DNA of 36,629 bases from the NCBI GenBank assembly GCA_051294375.1, contig CM119263.1:10327474-10364102 (forward strand), given 5' to 3'. Source of the DNA: Paraspadella gotoi (Eukaryota; Animalia; Chaetognatha). The translations under genes and the position numbers were made by a program. Below are positions 25,156 to 36,629 of the stretch, in pieces (the first letter of the stretch is position 1; every line of letters begins with the position of its first letter). The notes under the pieces were generated by a model. That model was not told where the DNA came from and searched no databases. It saw only the letters and a list, made by a program, of their open reading frames with translations.

Positions 25156-25613
25156 AAAAAAAAAAGCCGGCGGGCGTATTCGCGAATCAAATGTAGTTAG
25201 GGATAGTAGGAAAGCGCGTGGGGAGTAATTAGAGCTGATTTCCAGCGACCCGCCGGGAAGGGCAGGGGAGGGGGCAAGGGAGGGAGGGGGGAGGGGGGAG
25301 CGAAGAGGGGCGAGGAGGAGAAAAACGACGGCCTGTGTCAGGGGTCGGATTGCAGGACGCCGACCTGCTGGTTATGGTGCCGCCGTGCGCCGCGTTTATC
25401 TTCGTTCTTCTAGGCGTTTGGTTCTTATACCGTGTTTTTCTGCTGTGGCATGATATTTTGAAAAACAACATTTTCATACATCATGAGAAATAAATTCAAT
25501 ACAAAAATATATTTAAATAAAATAAAAATAAATTTAAACTTTTTTTCAAACGAATTGAAATAAATCAATTTTTAAACTTATTTCTTGATTTCCGCTGCAC
25601 TGGAAAATTTTTG

Positions 25614-25677
<64 letters not shown>

Positions 25678-27059
25678 TCGAAAGGAAAAAATTTAACATG
25701 AGATTTTTTTTTTTTATTCTCGGCACGGACGATGGGACGTTTTACAGTGGTGTGAAAAAAGAGAGGAATTAGGAACCCGTACCCGGGCCTTGGATGCAGG
25801 GAGAGTAGAAGCAGAAGTGAGGGCGAACAATCACTAGAAGAAAAAAAAAAAAAAAAAAAAGAGAAAAAAGAGTTTTTGTCGCCGACAGGACTTCGGCGCT
25901 TCAACCGCTAAAAAATAATTTAAAAGTACGGTAAAAATGCATTATTTAAACCTCAAATTACCAAAGAGGCTTCTATGAAAAAAAAAGGAAAATATTTTTT
26001 TCGAGTCAAATGTTGGATTTTCCTAACCTTTGGTCCTGTTTTTATCATCAACAATGTCCACCTTTTACGACGACGGATATGATATTATTTAATATTTTAA
26101 TTCTATAATTAAAACCAGAAACCAGGAAATTACGAAATAATCTTGCAAGCAAACGTGCAATAAGTTCTTAATCGAATGGGCATAATCGATATTGGCATTA
26201 TCCGGTTTTTTTTTTTTTAAATCTTTGTGTTTCTAAATTGAGTGTCATAACGGAGAAAGAACGATATAAAATTATTAAAAGGAATAAATATATATTATTA
26301 TTTATTATTATTTTATTAATTATTTATTATTATTATTTTATTATTATTTAGTATTTATTATGATTAAGATTATTATTATTATTATTTTATACTATTATTT
26401 ATTATTAAATTATTACTATTATTATTATTTATTTTATTATTATTTATTATTTTATTTATTATTTTTATTATTATTATTATTATATTATTATTATTATTAT
26501 TATTTATTATTATTATATATCTTCGTTTCTTTTGCGACAGCCCGTTTTTTTTTTTTTTTTTTAAAAAATGGGAAGAATCAAACTTTTTTCGGAGGAATGA
26601 TGAACGATTTTTATTTAATGACGTCGACGGGGCGAAATATTATATCGAAGAATAAATATATATAATAAAATAATATTAAAGACGACGACAAAACGACGAC
26701 GACAACCCCAAAAGACGACGACGACACAAAGACGACCTGACGACCAAAAGGACGGACAAAGACGAACGACGGCTTCTCTATCCTTGCTTCGTTGACACTT
26801 TCGCCCCTGGGAAATCCTTTGCCGTGGGTTGCTGCTTACCGCCGGTCCCGCCTGATTTCCGATCTCCCAATTTTGTGTTCCCCCTGCCCCCTTTTAATCT
26901 TCGGCCCCTCAACATCCCTGCCTCCGCCTCTGCTTCTTTGCTCTTGCCTCCCGCGCCCTTTCCGCCCCCAACGGGGGAGTCGAAAGTTACATCATTTTAT
27001 GACGCAGTGTTCAGCACCCCCAGAGCGTCAACTAAGTTGAAACAACTGGGCGTCGCCCT

Positions 27060-27890
27060 CCGGTGTGATGAGCGGACGTATTGCGATTGGTGGGGAATCG
27101 GAGATGGCGATTTTTTGCATGTGAGCCGGACTCCGTTGAATGTTTGGAAATCCGAAGCTCGGGCGATGCTTGTTGTTGATGAGGCCGGGACGTTTGATTG
27201 GTGGAAATTCGGCGAGTTGGCGATTTTTTGCTGTTGATTGCCGGACTGTTGATTTGGTTGGAATCGGCGGAAGAGTGGCGTCTTCATGTTGCTGAGCGCG
27301 AGTTGAGAATTGGTTGTGTTTTGTGGAATCCGAAGGTTTGGGCGATGCCTGTTTTTTTATTTTGTTTGTTTTGCCGGAACGGTTTGATTGGTTTTGGGAA
27401 TCTGAAGTCTTGGCGATTGCTGTTTGAAAGCCGCCCGACGTTGATTGGTTGGAATCGGAAAAATAGAAGAAAAAGTGGGCGCGATTTGCTGTGAGCGGAC
27501 GCCGTTGATTGGTGTGTAATTCCGAGTGGCGATGCTTTGAGTGAATGAGACCGCGACGTTGATTGGTGGAATCGGAGAAGAACAGAGTAGGAGTCGTGCG
27601 ATTTGCTGTGCTGTGCCGGACTGTTATTTTGGTGGGAAATCGAAGAAGTTGGCGATGCTGGTTGTGAAGCCGGCAACGTTGATTGGTTTTTTGGGTATCG
27701 GGAGTGGCGGCGATTGCTTTGTTTGTGTTTGTTGAGTCCGGGACGTTGATTTTGGTGGAATCGGAAGAGTGGCGATGCTGGTTTTTTTTTGGTGTTTTTG
27801 ATTTTTTTGATTTTTTTTGTGTGTGTGCGAACCGTACCCGTTGTTGATCGGAGAAGGGAAGGGAAGATTGGCCGGCGATTGTGCTTAGTG
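27060..27890. repeat. Noisy full-length read-through of the 41-bp minisatellite, ~12 full units plus 1 partial
   Basis: I counted the recurrent core gccggacgttgattggtggaatcgga...gtggcgat by eye. Confidence 0.85.
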
Positions 27891-27967
27891 TTTTTTAGGC
27901 GGGTTTTTGGCGGTTGCTTTAGCGAAGGAGGAATGGGGGGAGGGGAAGAAAGTGTGTGGAAAAAGAA

Positions 27968-28024
<57 letters not shown>

Positions 28025-28069
28025 AAAGAAAAAAAAAAAAAAAAAAAAGTGAAAAAAAAAAAAAATTTG

Positions 28070-28129
<60 letters not shown>

Positions 28130-28151
28130 AAAAAAAAAGTGAAAAAAGAAA

Positions 28152-28210
<59 letters not shown>

Positions 28211-28233
28211 ATTTCGTCTGAAAAAATAAAAAG

Positions 28234-28362
<129 letters not shown>

Positions 28363-28413
28363 AAAAAAATGAAAAAAAAAAAAAAAAAAAATTGAAAAAA
28401 AAAAGGAGGAAAA

Positions 28414-28445
<32 letters not shown>

Positions 28446-30557
28446 AAAAAAAAATGAAAAAAAAAAAAAAAAAAAAAAAAAATGGAAAAACAAAAAAAAA
28501 ACAAAAGAAAAAAAAAAATATAAAAGAAAAAAAAAAAAAAAAAAATCATTTTGAAATCGGGAGTAAGGAGTAATAAAAAAGAGAAAGAAGGGAAAAAAAA
28601 GAAGTACAGTTTAGTTGTGTTAGCAATTGCCCTTTTTTTGTTGTGATGCTTTTAGAGTGAGCAAAAAGCCGCCGCCCCGTTGATTCGGCGATTTATTAAA
28701 TATGAGGGAGAGAAAAACAACAAGAAAAAGAAAGAGGAAAAGTTAAGTTAAGAAGAAGAAAGCAAGTGGCCGCGGGATGAGAGAAGCTGGGCGGGAAAGT
28801 TTATGTTAGTAAAGAGGGGTTTAGTTAGGTTTCAAAAATTGAATTTGGCGTGGGGGGCGGGTTCAGCAAGGGGGCTTCTCGAGGGGGAGTCCTAGGTCCT
28901 CACACCCACCCCACAAAAAAAAATCTCCAAGCAGGAGGAGGAAGTTACGTCTCAACTCCACCTTCCCAACTCCCCCCCCCCACTTCTTTCACCAAAAATT
29001 TCTTTCCTTTTCACAAAAAAAAAACGGGCTGTTTTTTTGTTCTTGTAGGTGACGTTTGCTGTGTTTTTGAAAAACATGAAACAAAAAAAATGAGCCAGCC
29101 CTATTGCTATAAACATGTTTTAGCCCGGATTTATATAAAAGTTAGTGCCGGGTTCTTTTTTTTAAGAGTTTATTTTTTTACGGAATTTAAATTTTTAATT
29201 TTTTTAAGATTTTTTTTTTTGGATAATTTTTGAGGGAAAGGGGGAAGTTTTCTTCCGGAAAAAAAAAAAAAAAAAAAGAAGTTGGAAGTTTTAAAAAAGT
29301 TTCTATGCGGCGAAAAGGGGAAGAAAAAAATAGGAAAAAAATATAAAGAATAAGGTAATAGATCGCTTTCTAAAAAGAAGCCGAAAAAGAGAAAAATATA
29401 AAAAATAAAAAGGAGAATAAGAAGCAGAAAAAAGAGGAAAGAAAGAATTTTTTTAAAGAAAAAAGAAAGAAAAAAATGACAGATAAAGAAGAAGAAAAAA
29501 GGAAAGAGAAAAAAAATAAAAAAGAAGAAAAAAGGAAGAAGGAGAAAGAGAAAGAATAAAAGATTATTTCCCTCCTTTAAAATTTTTTTTTCTTTTTTAA
29601 GAAAGAGATTTAAAGAAAAAAAGCAGATTTTACAAAGAAAAGAAAGAAGAAATTTTAAAAGAAAGAAAAAAATAAAAAACGAAAGAAAGAAAGAAAAAAG
29701 AAAAAAAGAAAGATTTCTTTCCCTAATAAAAGAAAGAAGTTAAGAAGAAATAAGAGAAGAGAGGAAGAAAAAGAAAAATAAGATATAAGGAAAATAAAAA
29801 AGAAAGAAATGTTATAAATAAAGGAAGCAGAAGAAGATAAGAAAAGAAAGAGGAGAAAAAGAAAGAGCAAACAGAGCCTTAACCCTGGTTTTTGGCGTTG
29901 CTGCCTTGTGTCGCGGCACGCTTTAACGGGAACTTTTTTTTTGCACTGGCGGCGGGGGCGACGAGGCTGCGGCGGCGCGGCCTGCAGCCGGAGGGGGTGG
30001 GGGGAGTGTGGCGTGGGTAGGGGCTGGCCGGGGCCGGGCGTGGCGGGGGGTGGTGGGTTCAGCGGCGCCGGCGATCGGTTTGCCGTGGGGGTTTTTTCCC
30101 TTGTCTTTGTTTCCTACTATAATGTGGAGTTTTCGTTTTATCTTTTCCTTTTTATAACGACCGCTAACGTTTATAACCGACCACACCTCACCTTAGACCG
30201 CTATATATATATTTATTCAAAAAAAAGTTTACAAAAAGAGTGTAAAAAGAAAAAAAAGTACGCCCCGAGAAAAGAGAACTTCACTCAAGGTTTTGTTATT
30301 TTAATGTTTATTTAAAATAAATGGTTTTATAAATTTGCGCTAGGAAGTCTTTAGAAGAAGACTTAAAGAGAGAAACAAAAAAATAAATCCCACCGACCCC
30401 GTTCAGAAAAAAAAAAAAAAAAAATAGAAAAAAAAATTTTTAAAATAATTGTCAAAAAAAAAAAAGAAAAAAATATAAAAAAAAAAAATATAATGTCGAA
30501 AAAAAGAAAAAAATAAAAAAATATTATAAACAAAAAAAAAAAAAAAAAAAAAAAATA

Positions 30558-30593
<36 letters not shown>

Positions 30594-31058
30594 AAAAAAA
30601 AAATAAAAAAAAACAAAAAAAAAAAAAAAAAATTAAAAAAAAAAAAAGAAAAAAAAAAAAAAAAAAAAAAAATTAGAAAAAAAAAACAGAAAAAAAAAGA
30701 AAAATAATTGGGTCATTAGGTTGGTTTTCTTGACGATTTGCTTACCACTGCTCGTTGAAATATCATCTCCCAAGGGGGAAATAAGCCCCCACACCCCCAA
30801 GACCCCCATTCGACCGGCTGTGAATCTTTGAATGGTGCTGAAAAATTGAACCTTCGGTTAAAAAAAACAAACAATAACGACGCGACAACAACCCAATGAC
30901 GGAACGAAGAACCGGAAAAACAACAACCAAAAAACCAAACGCAAGAAGGGGGACCTCTGTTTTTTCGCGTTCCGCCTTGCCTCGCCCCCTTTTTGCTCTC
31001 AAATCCCCCCCTCAATTGGAGAAAAACTAAAAAAAAAAAAAAAAAAAAAAAAAAAATG

Positions 31059-31094
<36 letters not shown>

Positions 31095-31108
31095 AAAAAA
31101 AAAGAGGA

Positions 31109-31173
<65 letters not shown>

Positions 31174-31375
31174 CTGTTTTTTTTTATCGGTTTGACGCCC
31201 CATCCCGCGATTGGCGGCGCCAACGTTACGCCTTTTTTGCCTTTTGGTTGCCTCTAACGGCAAAAAAGATTTTTTCGGCGAACCCTCGCCCCCACAAAAC
31301 ACCCCCCCTTCACAAAAATTTCCGACAACACCTCTGTGGCCCCTGCTTTTTTTTCAACCCTTGAAAAAAAAAAAG

Positions 31376-31407
<32 letters not shown>

Positions 31408-31429
31408 AAAAAAAAAAAAAAAAAAAAAA

Positions 31430-31479
<50 letters not shown>

Positions 31480-32473
31480 GTCTTCTTCAAACAAAAGACA
31501 GATTTTTTTTTTTTAATTTAAATGTTTTTTTTTTTAATTTTCCCACCCCCTTTCCCCTTATTCTTATAATTTTCAATATTCGGCCCTGGAATTATTTTTG
31601 TTTAGCCCCTAATTAATGCGCCCCCCCAAAATTTTTTTTATTCGCCGGCCAACAAAAAAGAGAATTTTTTTCGGAAAAAACCAAAAATAAAAAAGCCCGA
31701 ACAAACGAAATTAGATTAATTTTTAATTTTTTTTTGAGTGATTTTATTTGGCTTTGTGATTCCAGGGCAGGAAAGAAAGAAGGAAAAAGACGATAAAACC
31801 TGGAGAGGGGGGAAGAAGGGGGGAGAAACCCCCTTTTATATTTATTATTCGACCCTTTGGTTTTTTTTTTGTTTTAACTTAACTTTTTTTTGCTATTGTT
31901 TACGTTTACGTGTTTAATAAATTTACGTTTTTGGTTTTGTTTTTTTTTGAGATTTTTTGTTTTAATTTTTTATTTTTTTTTTTTTTTTTTTTTTTTGAGA
32001 TTTTTTTGTTGAGGGTTTTGTTTTGTTGTCGTTCTTTTTTTATTGTTTGGTGTGGTGGGGGTTTTATTTTTTAATTTTTTTTTTTAATTTTTTGTTTTTT
32101 GTTTTTTTTTTATAATATTTCTCTCACACACCTTTCCTTCTTTTGAACAACAATTTTTTATAATTTTTTTTAAAAAAAATTCTTAAAAAATTTTTTTTTC
32201 GTTTCAGGTTTTTTTTACCTTGAAAAAGGGGGCGGTCAGGAAAGTGAGAGGTCTTTCAATCCCCTAGGGTTTTTTTTTTTTTTTTCGGTGTTTTTTTTTT
32301 TCTTCTTTTCTGGCAATAACCAATTTTTTTTTTTTTTTTTCTTTTTTTTTTTTTTTAAAAAACCATCACAAAAAAATACTCCAGCAGAAGAAAAAGGGGG
32401 AAAAAAAAAAAAAAAAGGAAAAGGAGAAAAAAAAGGGAAAAAAAAAAAAAAAAAAAAAGAGGGAGGGAAAAAA

Positions 32474-32525
<52 letters not shown>

Positions 32526-32666
32526 AAAAAAAAAGGGGAAAAAGAAGAAAAAAAAAAAAAAAAAAGGGAAAAAAAAAAAAAAAAAAAAAGGGGGAAACAA
32601 AAAAAAAAAAAAAAAGGAAGGCGAAAAAAAAAAAAAAATTGAAAAAGGAAAAAAGTAGGGAAAAAG

Positions 32667-32727
<61 letters not shown>

Positions 32728-32786
32728 AAAAAGAAAAAAAAAAAAAAAAAGAAAAAAAAAAAAAAAAAGAAAAAAAAAAAATAAGG

Positions 32787-32824
<38 letters not shown>

Positions 32825-32829
32825 GAGAG

Positions 32830-32877
<48 letters not shown>

Positions 32878-32912
32878 AAAAAAAAAAGAAAAAACGGAAA
32901 AAAAAAAAAGAG

Positions 32913-32969
<57 letters not shown>

Positions 32970-32978
32970 AGGGAAAAA

Positions 32979-33025
<47 letters not shown>

Positions 33026-33070
33026 AAAAAAAAAAAAGAGAGAAAAAAAAAAAAAAAAAACAAAAAAGGG

Positions 33071-33151
<81 letters not shown>

Positions 33152-35514
33152 TAAAAAAAAAAAAAAAGAGAAAAAAAAAAAAAAGAGGAAAAAGCCAACA
33201 AAACACTTTTTTCTTCTCAAAATATTTAATAAAAAATTAAATTTTCCCCCTACCACCCAGGACCTCAGTTCCACCATTTCTACCGCCGCCCCCAGACCCC
33301 TCAATCCACCACCCTTTTTACCACCCCAACAGACCTTCAGGTTGTTTGCCTTCTCTTTTCTCCACCCCCCCTACTCCTCCCCTTCAGTCCCCCCCCGGGG
33401 GTCTTCCCGCTCCTGGGGCCTTGTGACCCCTTCCCCTCCTTAAATTTTAAGGTTTTTTAATAAAGGGTCTTCCCCCTCCTTCCGGTCACTTAGCCACATG
33501 TCTTCTGTTTTCTTTTGGAGAACGAACCTTTTCTTTTTTCAATTCCTTTCCGCAATCCTTTTTTTTTTTTTTTTCTGCCCTTCCTCTCTCTTCTCTTCTC
33601 ATCTCCTCTCTCTCTCTCCTCCCCTCTTCCCTCCCTTCCCTCTCCCCTTCCCCCCTTCTCCCTCTCTCCTCCTCCTCCTCTCCCCCCCCTTCTCCCCCTC
33701 CCCTCCTCCCTCTTTCTTCTCCTTCCTCCCCTTCACCCTTCCTTCTCCTTCTCCCTCTTCCCCCCTTCCCTTCTCTCTCTTCCTCTTCCTCTCCCCTTCT
33801 CACTCCTTCCCCCTCCCATTTACCTCCTCTCCCTCCTTCCTTTCCTCTCCCCTTCCCTCTCTCCCTAATCTCTTCTTTTCCTTCTCTCTCTCCCTCTTCC
33901 CCTCTCTTTTCCTCCCTTCTTTCTCTTCCCTTTTCTCTTTCCTCTCTACCCTTCTTCCTCTTTCTCTTCTCCTCTCTCCCCCCTTTCTCCTTCTTTCTCA
34001 CCTTCTCCTCCCCTCTCCTCCTTTCTCCCTCTCTTCTCTTCTCCTCTCCTCTTTTTATTCATTTGCTTTTTTTTTTGCCTCTCCTTTTTCCAGTGTCGGC
34101 GTGGGAGGCGTGGGGCGAAGGCCAGATGGGATTTTGCCAGCGTTTTCCTTTAGTACAAAAGGGGAGAAACGAGAAAAGAAAAAGTTTAAAACAAAGAAAA
34201 AAAAAGAAAACTAAAAAAGAAAACAAAAAAGAAAAAATTCCCTATTTTTTTTTAAAACACATTTGAGGAATAACAATAAGGAGAGAAAGAGGGGGGAGAG
34301 GGAAAAAAAGAGGAAAAAAAAAGAAAAAAAAGGAAAAGAGGGGGAAAAGAGAGGAAAAGGAAGGGAAAATCCAAGTATAGGAATAGAAATTGCGGGAGTT
34401 CGCGGGGGGGTCAAAAAAAGTCGGGGTGGGGTCAAATTTCAAAAAACAAAACACAAAAAGTCCAAAAAAAAAAAAATCAAAACTTTTTGGTGTTTTTCAA
34501 AAAAAAAACCAAAAAAATTTTTACAAAAAAAAAAACAAAAAAAAACAAAAAAAAAATAAGTATTAATTTTTAAATAAAATTTTTTCAAAACTTTTAAAAA
34601 ATTGTTTTGTTAAATTATTTTATTATTTTAAAAAAAAATAAAAAATAAGTTTTTTTTTTAATTTTTAATTAATATAAAATAAATTAAAATATTTTAAAAT
34701 AAAGATATTGTTAATAAAAAAAAATTTTTTAAATCTTAAATTTTTATTTAATTTTAAAAAAAAAAAATATTTAAAAATTTTAAAATTAAAAAAATTATCT
34801 AAAGTATATAAAAATTTTAAAATTATTTTATGTTTTTTGCTTTATTATTTTTATAATTTATTTAATTATAATTTATTTTTTTTTAAATTTATTTTAAAAA
34901 ACCGGCGCAATTATCGTTTATTAATGCTCAAACGGTGGAAAGCCTTAAAGAACTTCACAGGTTGCCACGGCACCTGGATATCAAAACGCAAAGGCGGATA
35001 TCAATTTTTTTAAATGGTTAGCATCAACAACAAAAAAAACTACTTAAAGGCCGCTTCGCTAATGCCTGCATATTTTTTGCAATGTTGGTTGTTTGAGTTG
35101 AAAACTTGGCCAGCAGAGAAGTGATCAACCATTAGACGTTTTGTTATACATAAATTTCATCGTCTTGTAGTCACGTGATCACTGGGAAATACTCGTTGGG
35201 CGGACCGATCTTGTTTTACCTATTTTAGGTCTTCACGAACTTTTGATCCTTCAGGTTTGACTATTGAAGTTGCGAAGACGAATAAGTGTTGCGACTTGTA
35301 AAAGCAGTAATTCTTTGCTTCAGTCTTCGTCGTCGTCGTTGTCATCGTCGCCCCAGGGGAGGAGCAGTGGACGGGGTCAGGGCCGGACCCGATGTGGGTC
35401 GATTTTTTTCCAAAAGATGGAAAAGGTTTGTTTTTTGGGAAAAATCGCCCGAAGCCGAAAAAAAAAGATAAAATGAGGAAAAGAAAAATATGAAAGCGGG
35501 AATATCGTGGGAGG

Positions 35515-35702
35515 TAAGACGATGACGACGAAACAGATGACTAAGAAAATGACGATGATGATAAAGATGAAGAAGAAGACGACGACGACGAGGAAAAGGA
35601 CAAAGAAGACGACAAAGAAAACAATAATGACAAAAAAGTTGCCAATGCCGACAACGATGACAAAAGAGCAAAGAAGAGTAAGACGACAAAAGAGACGATG
35701 AT
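35515..35702. repeat. Degenerate (GAC/GAT/GAA)n trinucleotide tract
   Basis: aagacgatgacgacgaaacagatgac...gatgaagaagaagacgacgacgacg, with 3-nt periodicity. Confidence 0.75.
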
Positions 35703-36629
35703 AGACCATAACTATAAGGAGAGATTTTAAGTCATAAATTCCGTAATAAACTTTTTTAATAATCTTCCTATTTCTTTTATTACTTGTCAAATCACACAAC
35801 TGGCCATTAAACCAAATATTTGAGATGAAAGATAAATATAATTCTTTAGTTTTTTAATTGTACTGTACAAAAATAATTTTTTACAAAGCCAAAAACAAAA
35901 TCTAAAGGATGTTTCGTTGAATTAAATAAAAATATATTTTTCAGTCGAAATAAAAAAAACAACCAAAACATCACATAATTGCGTCGAATAAAAACGAAAT
36001 AAAAATGAAATAAAAAAAGAAAGAAATGATCTGTTTTGTCTGCGACCGCATGCAAGACGAGGACATCCGCTCGAACACAGTAAACTGGAAAGAGAAGGAG
36101 ATTTTGGGGAAAAGAGGAACTGATCCAGAAGGAAAAGTGAAGAAAAGGGAAAAGAAAAATAAGAAACAATTATAACATATATTGATAAAAAAGATAACCT
36201 TAATAACGGGGTGAATGAGTAGGAAGAAAAAGGAAACAGAGGGGCCAAATATAAAAAAAGGAGAAGGGGAAAAAAAAACCAAGGAGAAATTAAAATCGCG
36301 TAAATTACCAGGAATTTTTGTTGCGGTTTTCAGATCTCCGTGTAGCACGGAAGGCGGAAGAAGTAAAATTTAGTTGTTTTTAACTGTAACTTTAACAACT
36401 GTAAGTTTGTTGCTTCGTCGTGCTCAAATTGTTTCCTCAATATTTTTTTTTAATTTTAACTAACAAAAAATATAATGCGGCGGAGTTTTCTCTGGGTCTC
36501 GTTAAAAAAGAATGTTTACGCTGCTGTCTCGACAAAGTTAAACTTCTTTTTTTTATTTTTAATTTTTTTAATCAGAAGCTTTGGACAGCAAAACGATCAT
36601 CGTAATTTCTTTATGTTTTTTAAGAATAT

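Noticed and set aside
27060-27890. Repeat with variable intervening sequence resembling a CRISPR array
   Set aside because: In the clean copy the 41-bp units abut directly with no spacers. The variation in copy 2 is insertion noise, there are no cas genes, and the context is eukaryotic.

Overview
Eukaryotic draft-assembly sequence, probably from an invertebrate. It is AT-rich, shows no visible CpG depletion, and is dense in (GA)n, (GAC)n, (TCA)n and (ATT)n microsatellites. I found no recognisable protein-coding gene, RNA gene or CRISPR array; the long ORFs are translations of simple repeats, N gaps or homopolymer noise. Positions 1-14127 are a fairly clean scaffold with eight N gaps. After a ninth gap of exactly 25 N (14128-14152) come about 4 kb of purine-dominated sequence, then an insertion-riddled second copy (~18302-35057) of ~6454-14127, then unique sequence (~35058-36629). 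The simplest reading is that ~21 kb of the window is an uncorrected long read used to over-fill a near-zero gap, creating a false tandem duplication. The second copy is still informative. It fills five N gaps of the first copy, shows a 41-bp minisatellite to have about 12-13 units, and shows that ~9104-10160 is in opposite orientation in the two copies with ~300 bp missing from the first. Weak biological candidates are a possible fossil Penelope-like retroelement fragment, two possible short exons, 41-bp and 27-bp minisatellites and an ACGCCG motif cluster. I cannot support a novel biological system here.
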